A stretch of DNA of 64,000 nt from Cetorhinus maximus (Eukaryota): contig NC_135909.1 of assembly GCF_964194155.1 (NCBI RefSeq), positions 12,648,001 to 12,712,000 of the forward strand. The letters are read 5' to 3'. Both the position numbers and the translations under genes were made by a program. Below the pieces are notes generated by a model. The model saw only the letters and a program-made list of their open reading frames with translations. It was not told where the DNA came from and ran no database searches. This document shows, piece by piece, positions 40,704 to 51,743 of the stretch (position 1 is the stretch's first letter; every line of letters begins with the position of its first letter).

Positions 40704-40793
40704 GGCTCGTTGGTCTAGGGGCATGATTCTCGCTTTGGAATTTTTGTTGAGTTGATATGCGAGAGGTCCCGGGTTAAAATCCCGGACGAGCCC
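40704..40793 (+). tRNA. tRNA-Pro-TGG: tRNA-Pro(TGG) with an 18-nt intron-like insertion at 40740-40757; probably inactive
   Basis: GGCTCGTTGGTCTAGGGG...CTCGCTTTGGA[ATTTTTGTTGAGTTGATA]TGCGAG...ACGAGCCC; G37>A, C56>A and a T5 run inside the insertion. Confidence 0.75.
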
Positions 40794-41423
40794 ATCTTAA
40801 TGCAGCTTTTTTATTTCGCGCTCGAGGTGGTGGCAGTTCCGGAAATCAGGACCAGGTTTGATCACCCGGGGAGTCATTGCAGGGAATGCATCACCTCAAC
40901 ACACCTGATATAAATGAATGCCAAGTTTAAAGAGCGTTTCTCCGTGCCATGAGACTTTGAATTTATTCTAATGCATCAAATGAGTGAACTGTCTACTTGT
41001 GGATTCACGTGGGAGGCTGATTGCACTCAGTTTCAATCTTGACTGAAAGGACAAGCAGAACTGGGAACCCCAGTGTTTCATTTTAATTTACCACATTTTA
41101 GCTGTGTTCCGGTGCTTGCAGTGAGCTGGGAGGGGTTTCTTTTTGCGACCAAATGCTTGTAAGTTCCGGTCTTTCAGCGCTGGATTTTCACACTGTGTAG
41201 AAACATGTTGGATATTAGGTTGAAGTGTTGAAGCGTTTCACATCAGTCGGTTTACAACAGTCCCTGATCTGATGTGATGCACATTTATTTTAATGACGTA
41301 AACTACGTTACCATCTTTACACATCTGGCCGAATATTCAGGGGCTGTACCAAAGGGGTTCGTTTATTTCAACGGTTCATGGATGCAAAAAGTATAGAAGG
41401 GGGTTTAATAGGCCGCATTTTGC

Positions 41424-41505
41424 GATGAGCTGGTCGAGAGGATAAGGCGATGGACTGCTAATCCATTGTGCTTTGCACGCGTGGGTTCGAATCCCACTTC
41501 CGTCG
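41424..41505 (+). pseudogene. tRNA-Ser(GCT), degenerate acceptor and D stems
   Basis: 82-nt Ser-GCT body with GATGAGC/TTCCGTC acceptor mismatches. Confidence 0.75.
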
Positions 41506-43234
41506 TTACTTTATCAACTGTTTCCGCCTTATTCCGGTGATTTTGCAGAAGCTCTGCCTGGAATCACTGATGTGATTCTCCAACCCAAGTTATGAGGCCA
41601 GCTTGCTTCGACTTTTCTTGTAAGATCTTGGATTCGATACTTTTGTTCACAGTAACATGGGAATCCGACTTAGAGTCCTTTCGACATGATATTTCCATCT
41701 CTCTCTAAGGGGAAACATTGGAGCAGTGGAAATATTCCGGGGACTTGGGTTCATTTCTCACCATAGTTGCTGATGGAAATTAAACTCAATAATTAAAACC
41801 TGCAATTTAGCACTAATCTCAGTGGTGGTTCTCGGATGTCTTCCCTGGTCTGGCCTACATATGAGTTTGATTCCTAACTGCTCGCTGAGAAAGCCACTGA
41901 GTTCAAGGACAGTTTGGGATGTGTAACAAAGACTGGCCTTGCGAGCGACGCTCACATCCCCTGAAATAATGTTTTAAAAGGGTGAATGCGCACCTCACTG
42001 ATTGGATCTTCCATCAGCCCCTGTAATGGACAGACGTGTTGAATAATAAAGCGCTTTGTGACGTCAAGAAAAAGATCAATTCAGAACATCTCAGTGAAAC
42101 CGAGGCTCAAACCCACATCTGCGAACAGAAGGGAATCAGAATGTTGTCAGTTTTTACAGAGCGATATTGTTGAGCTGAATGTTCACACTGGAAGGCTGTA
42201 AAGTTCCTCATTGAAGGATGAGCCACTGTTCCTCGAGCGAACCTTGAGCTTCATCGGAACATTGCAGGAGTCCGAGAACCGAGTGATCAGGGTGAGAGCC
42301 AGGTCGCCAGTCATTTCGTTTCACCAGCTTGACTGTGTGGATGAGTTGGTTGGACTTTCTGTTAATTTGCCGCACATTCTTGGCTATCAGTTTTGTCGCA
42401 GGAAAATGCCACTTCAACACTTTCTGCCAAAAGTAACCCCATCCCAACTCTTAATGCCCTGAGAAACTGCCACTTAGACATGTGATGACCAGCAATTGAA
42501 GTGAGCGCTGCCTAACTTCCCTGACCGTTAATTCCCCCTGAGCTTCTTTGCTAAGTCGAATTAAAGCTGAATTTCCGCAACTCCAATAACACAGCTAAAA
42601 TATGGTCAAGTAATATGAAGCTGTAACCCTCCCGCCCCACCCACCAACATCTACCCCCACAACACGCCCCTCCCCTCACTGCATACTCCCAACTGCCACC
42701 ACACTCACCCCCCGGACGCACCACCCCACCCACCACCCCCCCCGCCACCCCCAGCTCTGCCAGTCTGGATGTTCTTTCAGACAAGCCTACAACTCCATGT
42801 TGAAATCAGGCTGTGAACATTTTGACCCGATAGGGCTGTGTAGAAATAGGGTCACATGGATTTCATGGTTCTGAAAGAAAACATACCTGGGAGACTGTGT
42901 TTTAAAAAGTGGCCTTTTTTTTCCTTTGAGAAGATTAGCACCAACTCCTTGATGTTGTCACGGATCAGTGCTGGGGGAGCGACTGTGGAACACTGACCCC
43001 ATATCAAGGACTGCACACCCTGACCTTTGCCTTGATCCATTGACGTTTAATGTTTTTCAAAATTGTCCCCTTTCTAAAGAAGGGTCATAAGGACTCGAAA
43101 CGTTGACTCTGTATTTATTTCTCCGCACAGATGCTGTTAGACCAGCTGATTTTCTCCAGCATTTTCTGTTTTTGTTTCTGATTTTCAACATCCCCATCAT
43201 TTTGCTTTAATTTCCCCTATTTCTCTTTTTAATA

Positions 43235-43412
43235 NNNNNNNNNNNNNNNNNNNNNNNNNNNNNNNNNNNNNNNNNNNNNNNNNNNNNNNNNNNNNNNNNN
43301 NNNNNNNNNNNNNNNNNNNNNNNNNNNNNNNNNNNNNNNNNNNNNNNNNNNNNNNNNNNNNNNNNNNNNNNNNNNNNNNNNNNNNNNNNNNNNNNNNNNN
43401 NNNNNNNNNNNN
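43235..43412. other. Assembly gap (N run)
   Basis: N characters; the paralogous position (31160-31280) is a TG microsatellite. Confidence 0.99.
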
Positions 43413-44457
43413 TTAATTCGCATAATTTCAGATCCATACTGAATGTTCATAAGCTTTATTTTTCTATTCGAAAATACCTTTTTTATAATAAACAAACAAA
43501 TTTATGGTTTATTGAAATAATCCACTTTTAAACCTCTTTTATTCTCGGGAACACTGGTGAAGGTAAATAATTGGCCATTTTGGTGAGCGAAATGAACATT
43601 TGAGCTAATGTTGTGACCTGTGGAGCAGTGGGACTAGACCAAGGGCGCACTCCTCCCATCCCGCTCGTAACAGGGCGCTCACTCAGAAACTTAGCTCCAA
43701 GTCACTGTCGACTCCTTCTGTAAAGCAGATGACATATTGGGCTTCCCACTAAACATGCAGAAAACTAAGATCCAATTCCAATATTCGTGACTGAGGAAGA
43801 ACCCCAGAAACGGCTGCACACAAAGGGCTTACTGAAAGGTCAAATTATGTTGTTTCAGTCAGTCATAGAAGTGACCTTGGAGCAGGTTAAGCAGCATTTC
43901 CTGTGTTTCAATGATAAATTCTGATCTGAATTTAAAAGGAAAGGGTAAATATTTGTAATACTCATGAGATCCGTCCGCCGCATGACTGAGGCGAGCTCAT
44001 TTCTTGACCTAATCACTGAGAGACACATACACAAAGAAATAATAATAAATGAGAGGGAAACAATGGATTAATTGGATTCCAATTACGGTCCCCTGGTTAA
44101 TGTTAAAAGAAGCACCATTGCAATGGATCAACAGACGGATTTTCAGGAATTTAAATTCCCAATGACCGATCGATGGACCAGAAGCTGGGAACACATGAGA
44201 GTTGCACGGTTGTTAGCATAGTTTAATGGGAGCTGAGTTGACCAGCGGTTTTTCATATGTTTTTATCAAGAAAGGTGAAACCGACCTTTATTCCAGTAAC
44301 GTGGACCAGCGGGCACAGAGCTGCCCGTGTGCTTTGGAGGAGGGTAAGTCTCCCCTCCCCTCAGAAGCTGAACTGGGTATCCCCAAAAACTGATGGCATT
44401 ACCAGCTGGCAAATAACACGAGCAGCAGCTGCCCAGGTTAAAGGATTTGCAACGTGT

Positions 44458-44530
44458 TGCTGAAACCCGGGATTGAACCAGGGACCTTTAGATCTTCAGT
44501 CTAACGCTCTCCCAACTGAGCTATTTCGGC
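44458..44530 (-). tRNA. tRNA-Phe-GAA: tRNA-Phe(GAA)
   Basis: Near-canonical vertebrate Phe; one acceptor mismatch (C3.A70); only T3 immediately downstream. Confidence 0.85.
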
Positions 44531-44543
44531 TGACAGAAACACT

Positions 44544-44609
44544 TTCTTCGAGCCAGAATTGGCCCAGATACCTAAGGATGTTAGTTTTACAGGAAGCTAC
44601 AGTCCTCCG
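44544..44609 (-). pseudogene. 5'-truncated intron-containing tRNA-Tyr(GTA) remnant
   Basis: CGGAGGACTGTAG[CTTCCTGTAAAACTAAC]ATCCTTAGG...CTGGCTCGAAGA. Confidence 0.82.
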
Positions 44610-45870
44610 TTAATATTAGAGAACATGATCGCATAATGACAAAGGACAGCCAACACCTCGTTTCAGTTCCCTCCAGTTTTCCAGTTTTTCTTGATAAAGA
44701 GGGGTTGCAAAGCCAAACAAAGCATCAGTTCATTGCCATAAGCTCTCGGCCAATCGCTACACAGGGATTGTCCAACAAACAGCTTTCTTCCTCCTTTGAG
44801 TGAATTGCTCCCTGACGTCACTATATGATGGCTTCACTCTCAGTTTTAGGTAATATCCATTTGTTCGGTATTCCCCGACAAGAGGAAATAATTTCTCCGC
44901 ATTAAAACCTATTAATCATTTCAATTACCTCAACCAGATAGCGCCTAAACCTTCTCAACTCACGATTATTTAAACGTCACAGCGGGAGCACATCTAACTG
45001 CAGATCAGAAAAATGTGTGTGTATCACACTTCGTCATGGCTAATTTTGCACCAAATCTGTATCTGAATTAATGGAACCCATTTGTGATAAACACTGTCGC
45101 CTTTCACCGTTTAGCAGATGATCTTCATAGAGTCACGTATGTGATTCCCTCAGTTTTGCTTTTGCACAAAGCTGGGGAAATGCATCACAGATGTCAGTCT
45201 TCAGCCAGCTCTATTCACTCCAAGTAAAATCAAGAAATGGCTGAAGGCACGGGTAACTGCAAAGGCTTTGGGCCCTGACACCATTCCTGCAGCAGTACTG
45301 ACAACCTGTGCTCCAGAAATAGTCTCGCTCCTCGCCAAGTTGTTCCATTACAGCTACCAGACTAGCATCTACCCAGCAATGTGGGAAATTGCTCAGGTCT
45401 GTCTTGTCCACAAAAAAAACAGGAAAATCCAACCGGCAAAAACCACCCCATCCGTCTTATCTTGTTTATCAAGAAGATGAGGGAAAATGTCTTCGACAGT
45501 GCGATCAAGTGACCCTTACTCAGCAATAACCCGCTCAGTGAAGCTCAGTTTGTTTCCTGCCAGGGTCACTCTCTTCCTGACCTCATTGCAGCCTTGGTCC
45601 AAACCTGAAGAAAACAGCCGAACTCAAGACGTGAGGTGCAAGTGACTGCACTTGAGTTCAAAGAAGCATTTGACCTAATGTGGCATCAAGGAACCCCAGC
45701 AAAACTGAAGTGAAAGGAAATAAGGCGGGAAATTCTCCACTGGTTGGAGTCGTCCCCGGGGTTTGTAAAACATTGGAAAAGATTTCCAGCATGAACAGTA
45801 ATTCGCTTATGATTGATGCACTTTGTGTGACAATGAAAGGATTCCTTGATGGGGTTTTTGCTATGCCACC

Positions 45871-45960
45871 TGCTCGTTGGTCTAAGGGCATGATTCTCGC
45901 TTTGGGATTTCCTTTGAATTAATATGCGAGAGGTCCCGGGTTCAATTCCCGGACGAGCCC
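45871..45960 (+). tRNA. tRNA-Pro-TGG: tRNA-Pro(TGG) with an 18-nt intron at 45907-45924
   Basis: CTCGCTTTGGG[ATTTCCTTTGAATTAATA]TGCGAG; intact B box GGTTCAATTCC; G1>T; T4 terminator at about 45975. Confidence 0.8.
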
Positions 45961-46589
45961 ATCTTAATGCAGCATTTTCTATCGCGCTCGAGGTGGTGGC
46001 AGTTCCGGAAATCAGGACCAGGTTTGAACACCCGGGAAGTCATTGCAGGGAATGCATCACCTCAACACACGTGACATAAATGAATGCCAAGTTTAAAGAA
46101 CGTCTCTCCGTGCCATGAGACTCTGAATTCATTCTAATGCATCAAATGAGGGAACTGTCTATTTGTGGATTCACGTGGGAGGCTGATTGCACTCAGTTTC
46201 AATCTTGACTGAAAGGACAAGCAGAACTGGGAACCCCAGTGTTTCATTTTAATTTACCATATTTTAGCTGTGTTCCGGTGCTTGCAGTGAGCTGGGAGGG
46301 GTTTCCTTTTGCGACCAAATGCTTGTATGTTCCGGTCTTTCCGCGGTGGGTTTTCACACTGTGTAGAAACATGTTGGATATTAGGGTGAAGTGTTGAAGT
46401 GTTTCACATCAGTCGGTTTGCAACAGTCACTGATCTGTTGTGGTGCACATTTATTTTAATGACATAAACTACGTTTCCATCTTTACACATCTGGCCGAAT
46501 ATTTAGGGGCTGTACCAAAGAGGATCATTTATTTCAACGGTTCATGGATGCAAAAAGTATAGAAGGGGGTTTAATAACCCGTCTTTTGT

Positions 46590-46671
46590 GACGAGGTGGC
46601 CGAGAGGTTAAGGCGATGGACTGCTAATCCATTGTGCTTTGCACACGTGGGTTCGAATCCCACCTTCGTCG
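46590..46671 (+). tRNA. tRNA-Ser-GCT: tRNA-Ser(GCT), apparently intact
   Basis: GACGAGG/CTTCGTC acceptor pairs; anticodon GCT, long variable arm, GGTTCGAATCC. Confidence 0.9.
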
Positions 46672-48544
46672 TTACTTTATCAACTGTTTCCGCCTAATTG
46701 CGGTGATTTTGCAGAAGCTCTGCCTGGAATCACTGATGTGATTCTCCAACCCAAGTTATGAGGCCAACTTGCTTCGACTTTTCTTGTAAGATCTTGGATT
46801 CGGTACTTTTGTTCACAATAACATGCGGGTCAAACTTAGTGTCCTTTCGACATTATATTTCCATCTCTCTCTCAGGGGAAACATTAGAGCAGTGGAAATA
46901 TTCCGGGGACTTGGGTTCATTTCCCACCATAGTTGCCGATGGAAATTAAACTCAATAATTAAAACCTGCAAATAAACGCTAATCTCAGTGTTGGTTCACT
47001 GATGTCTTCCATGGACTGGGCTACGTATGAGTTTGATTCCTAACTGCCCGCTGAGAAAGCCACTGAGTTCAAGGGCAGTTTGGGATGTGTAACAAAGACT
47101 GGCCTTGCGAGCGACGCTCACATCCCCTGAAATAATGTTTTAAAAGGGTGAATGCGCACCTCACTGATTGGATCTTCCATCAGCCCCTGTAATGTACAGA
47201 CGTGTTGAATAATAAAGTGCTTTGTGACGTCATGAAAAAGATCAATTCAGAACATCTCAGTGAAACCGAGGCTCAAACCCACATCTGCGAACAGAAGGAA
47301 ACCAGAATGTTGGCAATTTTTACAGAGCGATATTGTTGAGCTGAATGTTCACACTGGAAGGCTGTAAAGTTCCTCATTGAAGGATGAGCCACTGTTCCTC
47401 GAGCGAACCTTGAGCTTCATTGGAACATTTTGTGACTGGATTCAAACTCAAAATCCTGTCTCAATGACATCTCAAATAAAGCTGTCGGCTGCTTGAAAAC
47501 GCAGCAGTTAAACTTTCTGCCTGATCATGAGAGCGACTGTGACGTTTACAAAACAAAATCATTTGATAAAATAGTTCAAAAACCATCAAGTTTGAAATCC
47601 TATGAGGAAAAGTCAAGCTATTATTGTGAACTCTGCTGAGAAAGCTTCAATGGACAGCACAGAAATCAGGTGAAGAGTCTGAGTAAATCGACACCAGCGA
47701 ACAAGTCAACATCAAAACTGAAGCAACTCTTGTGAAGATCAGTGAGTAAAAGCTGAGTGCTCCGTGCACCATCAGCTCATCAAGTCGATGTATTGTCTGT
47801 ATAAAGCGTTCTGTTTAGAACAGGATTTATTGACCTGAGTTGAGCAGGCACGTTATTGCAGAACAAATAAGTCACCTCTAGATTTTCCCTGGAAAACATA
47901 GAAACTAGGAGCAAACTTCTAGTTTGTTGATATATTGTATTGAAATAAACTGGAATTACAGTGCAAATGAATTGATATTCAAAATCAAATCTTATTTTCA
48001 GGTTAATTACGTGGAGCAATTAAATTACAAACAGGAACACAAGTGACCTGTGAGCTCAAACACAGAGAGAGTAAATTTCAGAGTGAAGACTTAAAAATTT
48101 CAATTTTTTGCAAGTGAGGGTTAAGTGCAGAGGGGGAAGGAGCTGCTGTGTAATTTTAACCCAGATACTGCAGCAAAAGTACAAGAGGGAAGGAGTGGAA
48201 CTCTCTAAATAGCGAAAACTTTACTTAACTAGACAATTCATTTCAGTGAAATGTTGGGACAGCTGAGAGCTGTTGCCTACACATCCTGTGCTCTGTGGGA
48301 ACTCCAAATAAGACTGATGATAATAGTCAGATTCATAATACATTACAGAACCAAGCAGAATACAGAAAGTGCAGAGGAGAAATGGAAAAGGAAATTAGAT
48401 CAGAAGGGAGAGCGTATGAGAAAAGATTTGCAGGTAACAACTGAAAACACTGAAGATTTTTTACCAGCATAAGGGCAGTCACTTTAAGTGGGGCTGATTT
48501 GGAGATCCTGTGTAGGGAGAGGGCATGGCTGATGTACTAAATGA

Positions 48545-49050
48545 GAACATACAAACAAACTAATTAGCAGCAGGAGTAGGCCACTCAGCCCCTCGAGCCT
48601 GCTCCGCCATTCAGTAAGACCCTGCCTGATCTGATTGTAACCTCAACCTCACATTCCTTCCTACCCCCAATAACCATTCACTTCCCCCCCTTGTTAATCA
48701 AGAATCTATCTAACTCTGCGTTTAAAATATTCAAAGACTCTGCTTCCACCAGCTTTTGAGGAAGAGAGCTCCAAAGACGCTCGACCCTCAGATAGAAAAG
48801 AAATCCTTAACTCTGTCTGAAATGATCGACCCCTTATTTATAAACAGTGACCCCTAGTTCCAGATTCTGCTACAAGAGGAAACGTGCTCTCCACCTCCAC
48901 CCTGTCAAGACCCTCAGGATCTTAAAGGTTTGAATCTAGTTGCCTCTTACTCTCCTGAACTCCATGTGATACAAGCCTAACCTGTTCAACCTCACCTCAT
49001 AAGACAACCGGCCCATCCCTGGTATTTGCCTCGTAAACTTTGCACTAAAC
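48545..49050 (-). mobile_element. CR1-like 3' fragment
   Basis: IPGMGRLSYEVRLNRLGLY.MEFRRVRG motif and 3' tail. Confidence 0.8.
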
Positions 49051-49069
49051 CTGTCATCACAAAACAAGC

Positions 49070-50600
49070 GGATGCTGCTAATGTCATTGGTGGGGAAATT
49101 GGATAGGATGAAAATAGATGAAGTGGAAGCTATCACAAGGCTGGCACCGCTCACAGTAGAAAAGCTGCTCGATCCGCATCGGATACACCTTGGATTACTG
49201 AGGGAATGAAGGGTGGAAATAGCAGAGACTCGAGCCACAATCTTTCAATCCTCCTTGGATATGGGAGTGAAGCCAAACAACTGCAGGTTGTTGATGTTAC
49301 ATCCGTGTTTAAAATGGAGAGGGATAAACCCAGTAACTACAGAGCAGTTAGTCTCATGCTGGAGGTGGGGAAACGTTTAAAGACAATAATCCAGAACAAA
49401 ATTCATTGTCGCTCGGTAGAACATGAGTTGATAAATGATAACCAGCACAGATTGGTTAACAGAAAATCAGCACTGAAACACTTAATAAAGCTCTTTGATG
49501 ACGTGTCAGAGAACATTGACCAGGGAAGTGAGCATGATGAAGTGTGTCTGGACTTCCAAAGGGATTTGAAAAAGTCCCACATAATGAACTTGGTAAAATT
49601 CCAGCAGCTGGGATTAAAGGGGCAGCGACAGCATGGATACAAAATTGAATAAGGGACAAAAAGGGTAAAGTTGTGGCGAGCTCTGAAGAAGAGCCATACG
49701 GACTCAAACGTTGACTCTGTTTCTCTCTGCACAGATGCTGCCAGGGCTGCTGAGTTTTTACAGCACTTTCTGTTTTATTGTAAATGTTAATAACTTCCAG
49801 CCTATATTCAAGTTTGCTGATAACACTAGGTTAGGTGACATGGTTAGTAGCGTATGTGGGAGCAGCAAGTTTCAAAGGGTCATTGACAGATTCAGTGAGT
49901 GAATAAAACTGTGGCCGGTGGTGGTCAACACTGGGAAGAGTGAGGTCATCCATCTTGAACTAAAAAAAGATCCGAGAATTTCCTAAACAGTCAGAATCTT
50001 GGGACTATGACAGAGGAGCCGAGAGTGAGAGCTGAGTGAGACCAGAGGGTGGAGAAAGAGCCTGCATAGATATGTAGATGTTCAAGTGAGTGGGGATAAA
50101 ATGGAAGTACAATGTAGTAAAATGTCAGGTTGACCACTTCTGCAAGAAGCATAGGAGAGAGGAATATTACTGAGATGGAGAGAGACTGCAGAATCCTGTG
50201 GTACAGAGGGATCCTTGTACAAGAATTACAAAAAATGTTTAGATGACATTGCAGAATGCTGCAGTACAGATGGATATGGATGCCGCTGTATAATAATCAT
50301 TGAAAAAAAGTTGTCATTTAGGTGCATCAAATACTTAGGAGGGCAGGTGGAATGTTGGTCTTAATTGCAAGGGGACTGGAATAGAAAAGCGGAGAAGCCT
50401 TGCTGCAACTGTTCAGGGCATTGGCGAGACCACACCTAGAATAATGGGTGCTGATTTGGTCTGATTACTGAAGGATGGACATACTTGCATTGGAGTCAGT
50501 TCCAGAGAAAGGTGACTGGGATATTTCCTCGACTGAGGAGGTTTTCGAATGAGGAAGGGTTGATCAGGTTGGATCTAGACTCACTGGAATTTAGAATAAC
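49070..50600 (+). mobile_element. Decayed CR1 ORF2 fragments with a Penelope-like terminal piece at 49680-49780
   Basis: NYRAVSL, LDFQR and KFADNTRLG motifs. Confidence 0.75.
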
Positions 50601-51671
50601 TTAACAATGTGATAGTGAATGAGCATCTGGCAATGAGTGACAGCAATATGTTAGAGACAGACATTCAGTTCGAGCACAAAGGTCATATACATGCTGGTTA
50701 TCACCTCAAGTAAGGCCAATAAGGACGGAATGAGTGATAAACTGAGCACGTTAAATTCCCATCGGCTATTAATAGGTAAAACAAGACAGGAAACAATCAG
50801 AGGCAGTCAAATAATAATTTAGTGCAATCTGTACCGAAGGAATGAAACTTTTATGATAATTATGGTTAAGTATTATTATGATTAATACTATTAATAATGG
50901 GGACGGAATTCCATAAATTAAACCAGTGATTAAGAAGGAATGACAATTTCTGTCCAGATAATGATGAACTGTGTATTTGGTGCGATGATGTCTCCGCTAT
51001 GCTGATAGTTTTGTCCTTCTCGGTGGTTCATGTCACAGGGAGGACGCTGCTGTTCAAATAAAGATGACGAATTACTGCAGGGTGTCCTATAGATCGGAAA
51101 ACCTGCGGCTAAGTTCCCCTCCGAGTCACTCATCATCCTGACTTGTAAACATATCGCCGTTCCTTCACTGTCGCTGGGTCAAAATCCTGGAACTTCCTTC
51201 CTAACAGCACTGTGGGTGTACCTACACCACACGGAATGTAGCAGTTCAAGAAGTCAGCCCACCACCACCTTCTCAAGGGCAACTCGGGATGGGCAAATAA
51301 TTCCGGCCCAGTCAGCGAAGCCGACATCCCGTGAATTAACTTTAAAAAATATGACCTTGACGATATTGTTTCCATCTAAGAGGATGTTTTTTCTATTCAG
51401 ATAATCATACAGTGATAGTGAAGAGGAGGTGGCCACTCAGGACATTGCGCCTGTGCCAGTTCTTTGGGAGGAATGGGCTGAGGGAAAGGGGAAAGCATTG
51501 GCTGGGATGTGTTTGCAGCATTTCCAGCTTGTATCCATCTGTGAATAAACACCATATCAGAGATTTGTTGAAGATTGAATTTTTGCACTGGAAGCAAGAA
51601 ACTGTTGCAAATAACAGACATGATTGTGGGTAACAGAAAATGCTCCCTTTTGGCATTAATGAGAACGTAAA

Positions 51672-51743
51672 TAGCAGAGGATGGTTTCGATCCATCGACC
51701 TCTGGGTTATGGGCTCAGCACGCTCCCGCTGCGCCACTCTGCT
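51672..51743 (-). tRNA. tRNA-iMet-CAT: Initiator tRNA-Met (CAT), variant with an anticodon-stem mismatch
   Basis: AGCAGAGTGGCGCAGCGGGAGCGTGCTGAGCCCATAACCCAG...CTCTGCTA; two substitutions versus canonical. Confidence 0.85.

Larger units (their letters stand above)
39826..47428 (+). repeat. Tandem duplication with a period of about 5.16 kb (39826-44990, then a partial copy 44990-47428) carrying Pro, Ser, Phe and Tyr tRNA sequences
   Basis: Colinear identity: Pro at 40704 and 45871, Ser at 41424 and 46590. Confidence 0.92.

Noticed and set aside
43207-43495. ORFs spanning the N run
   Set aside because: Artefacts of the assembly gap.
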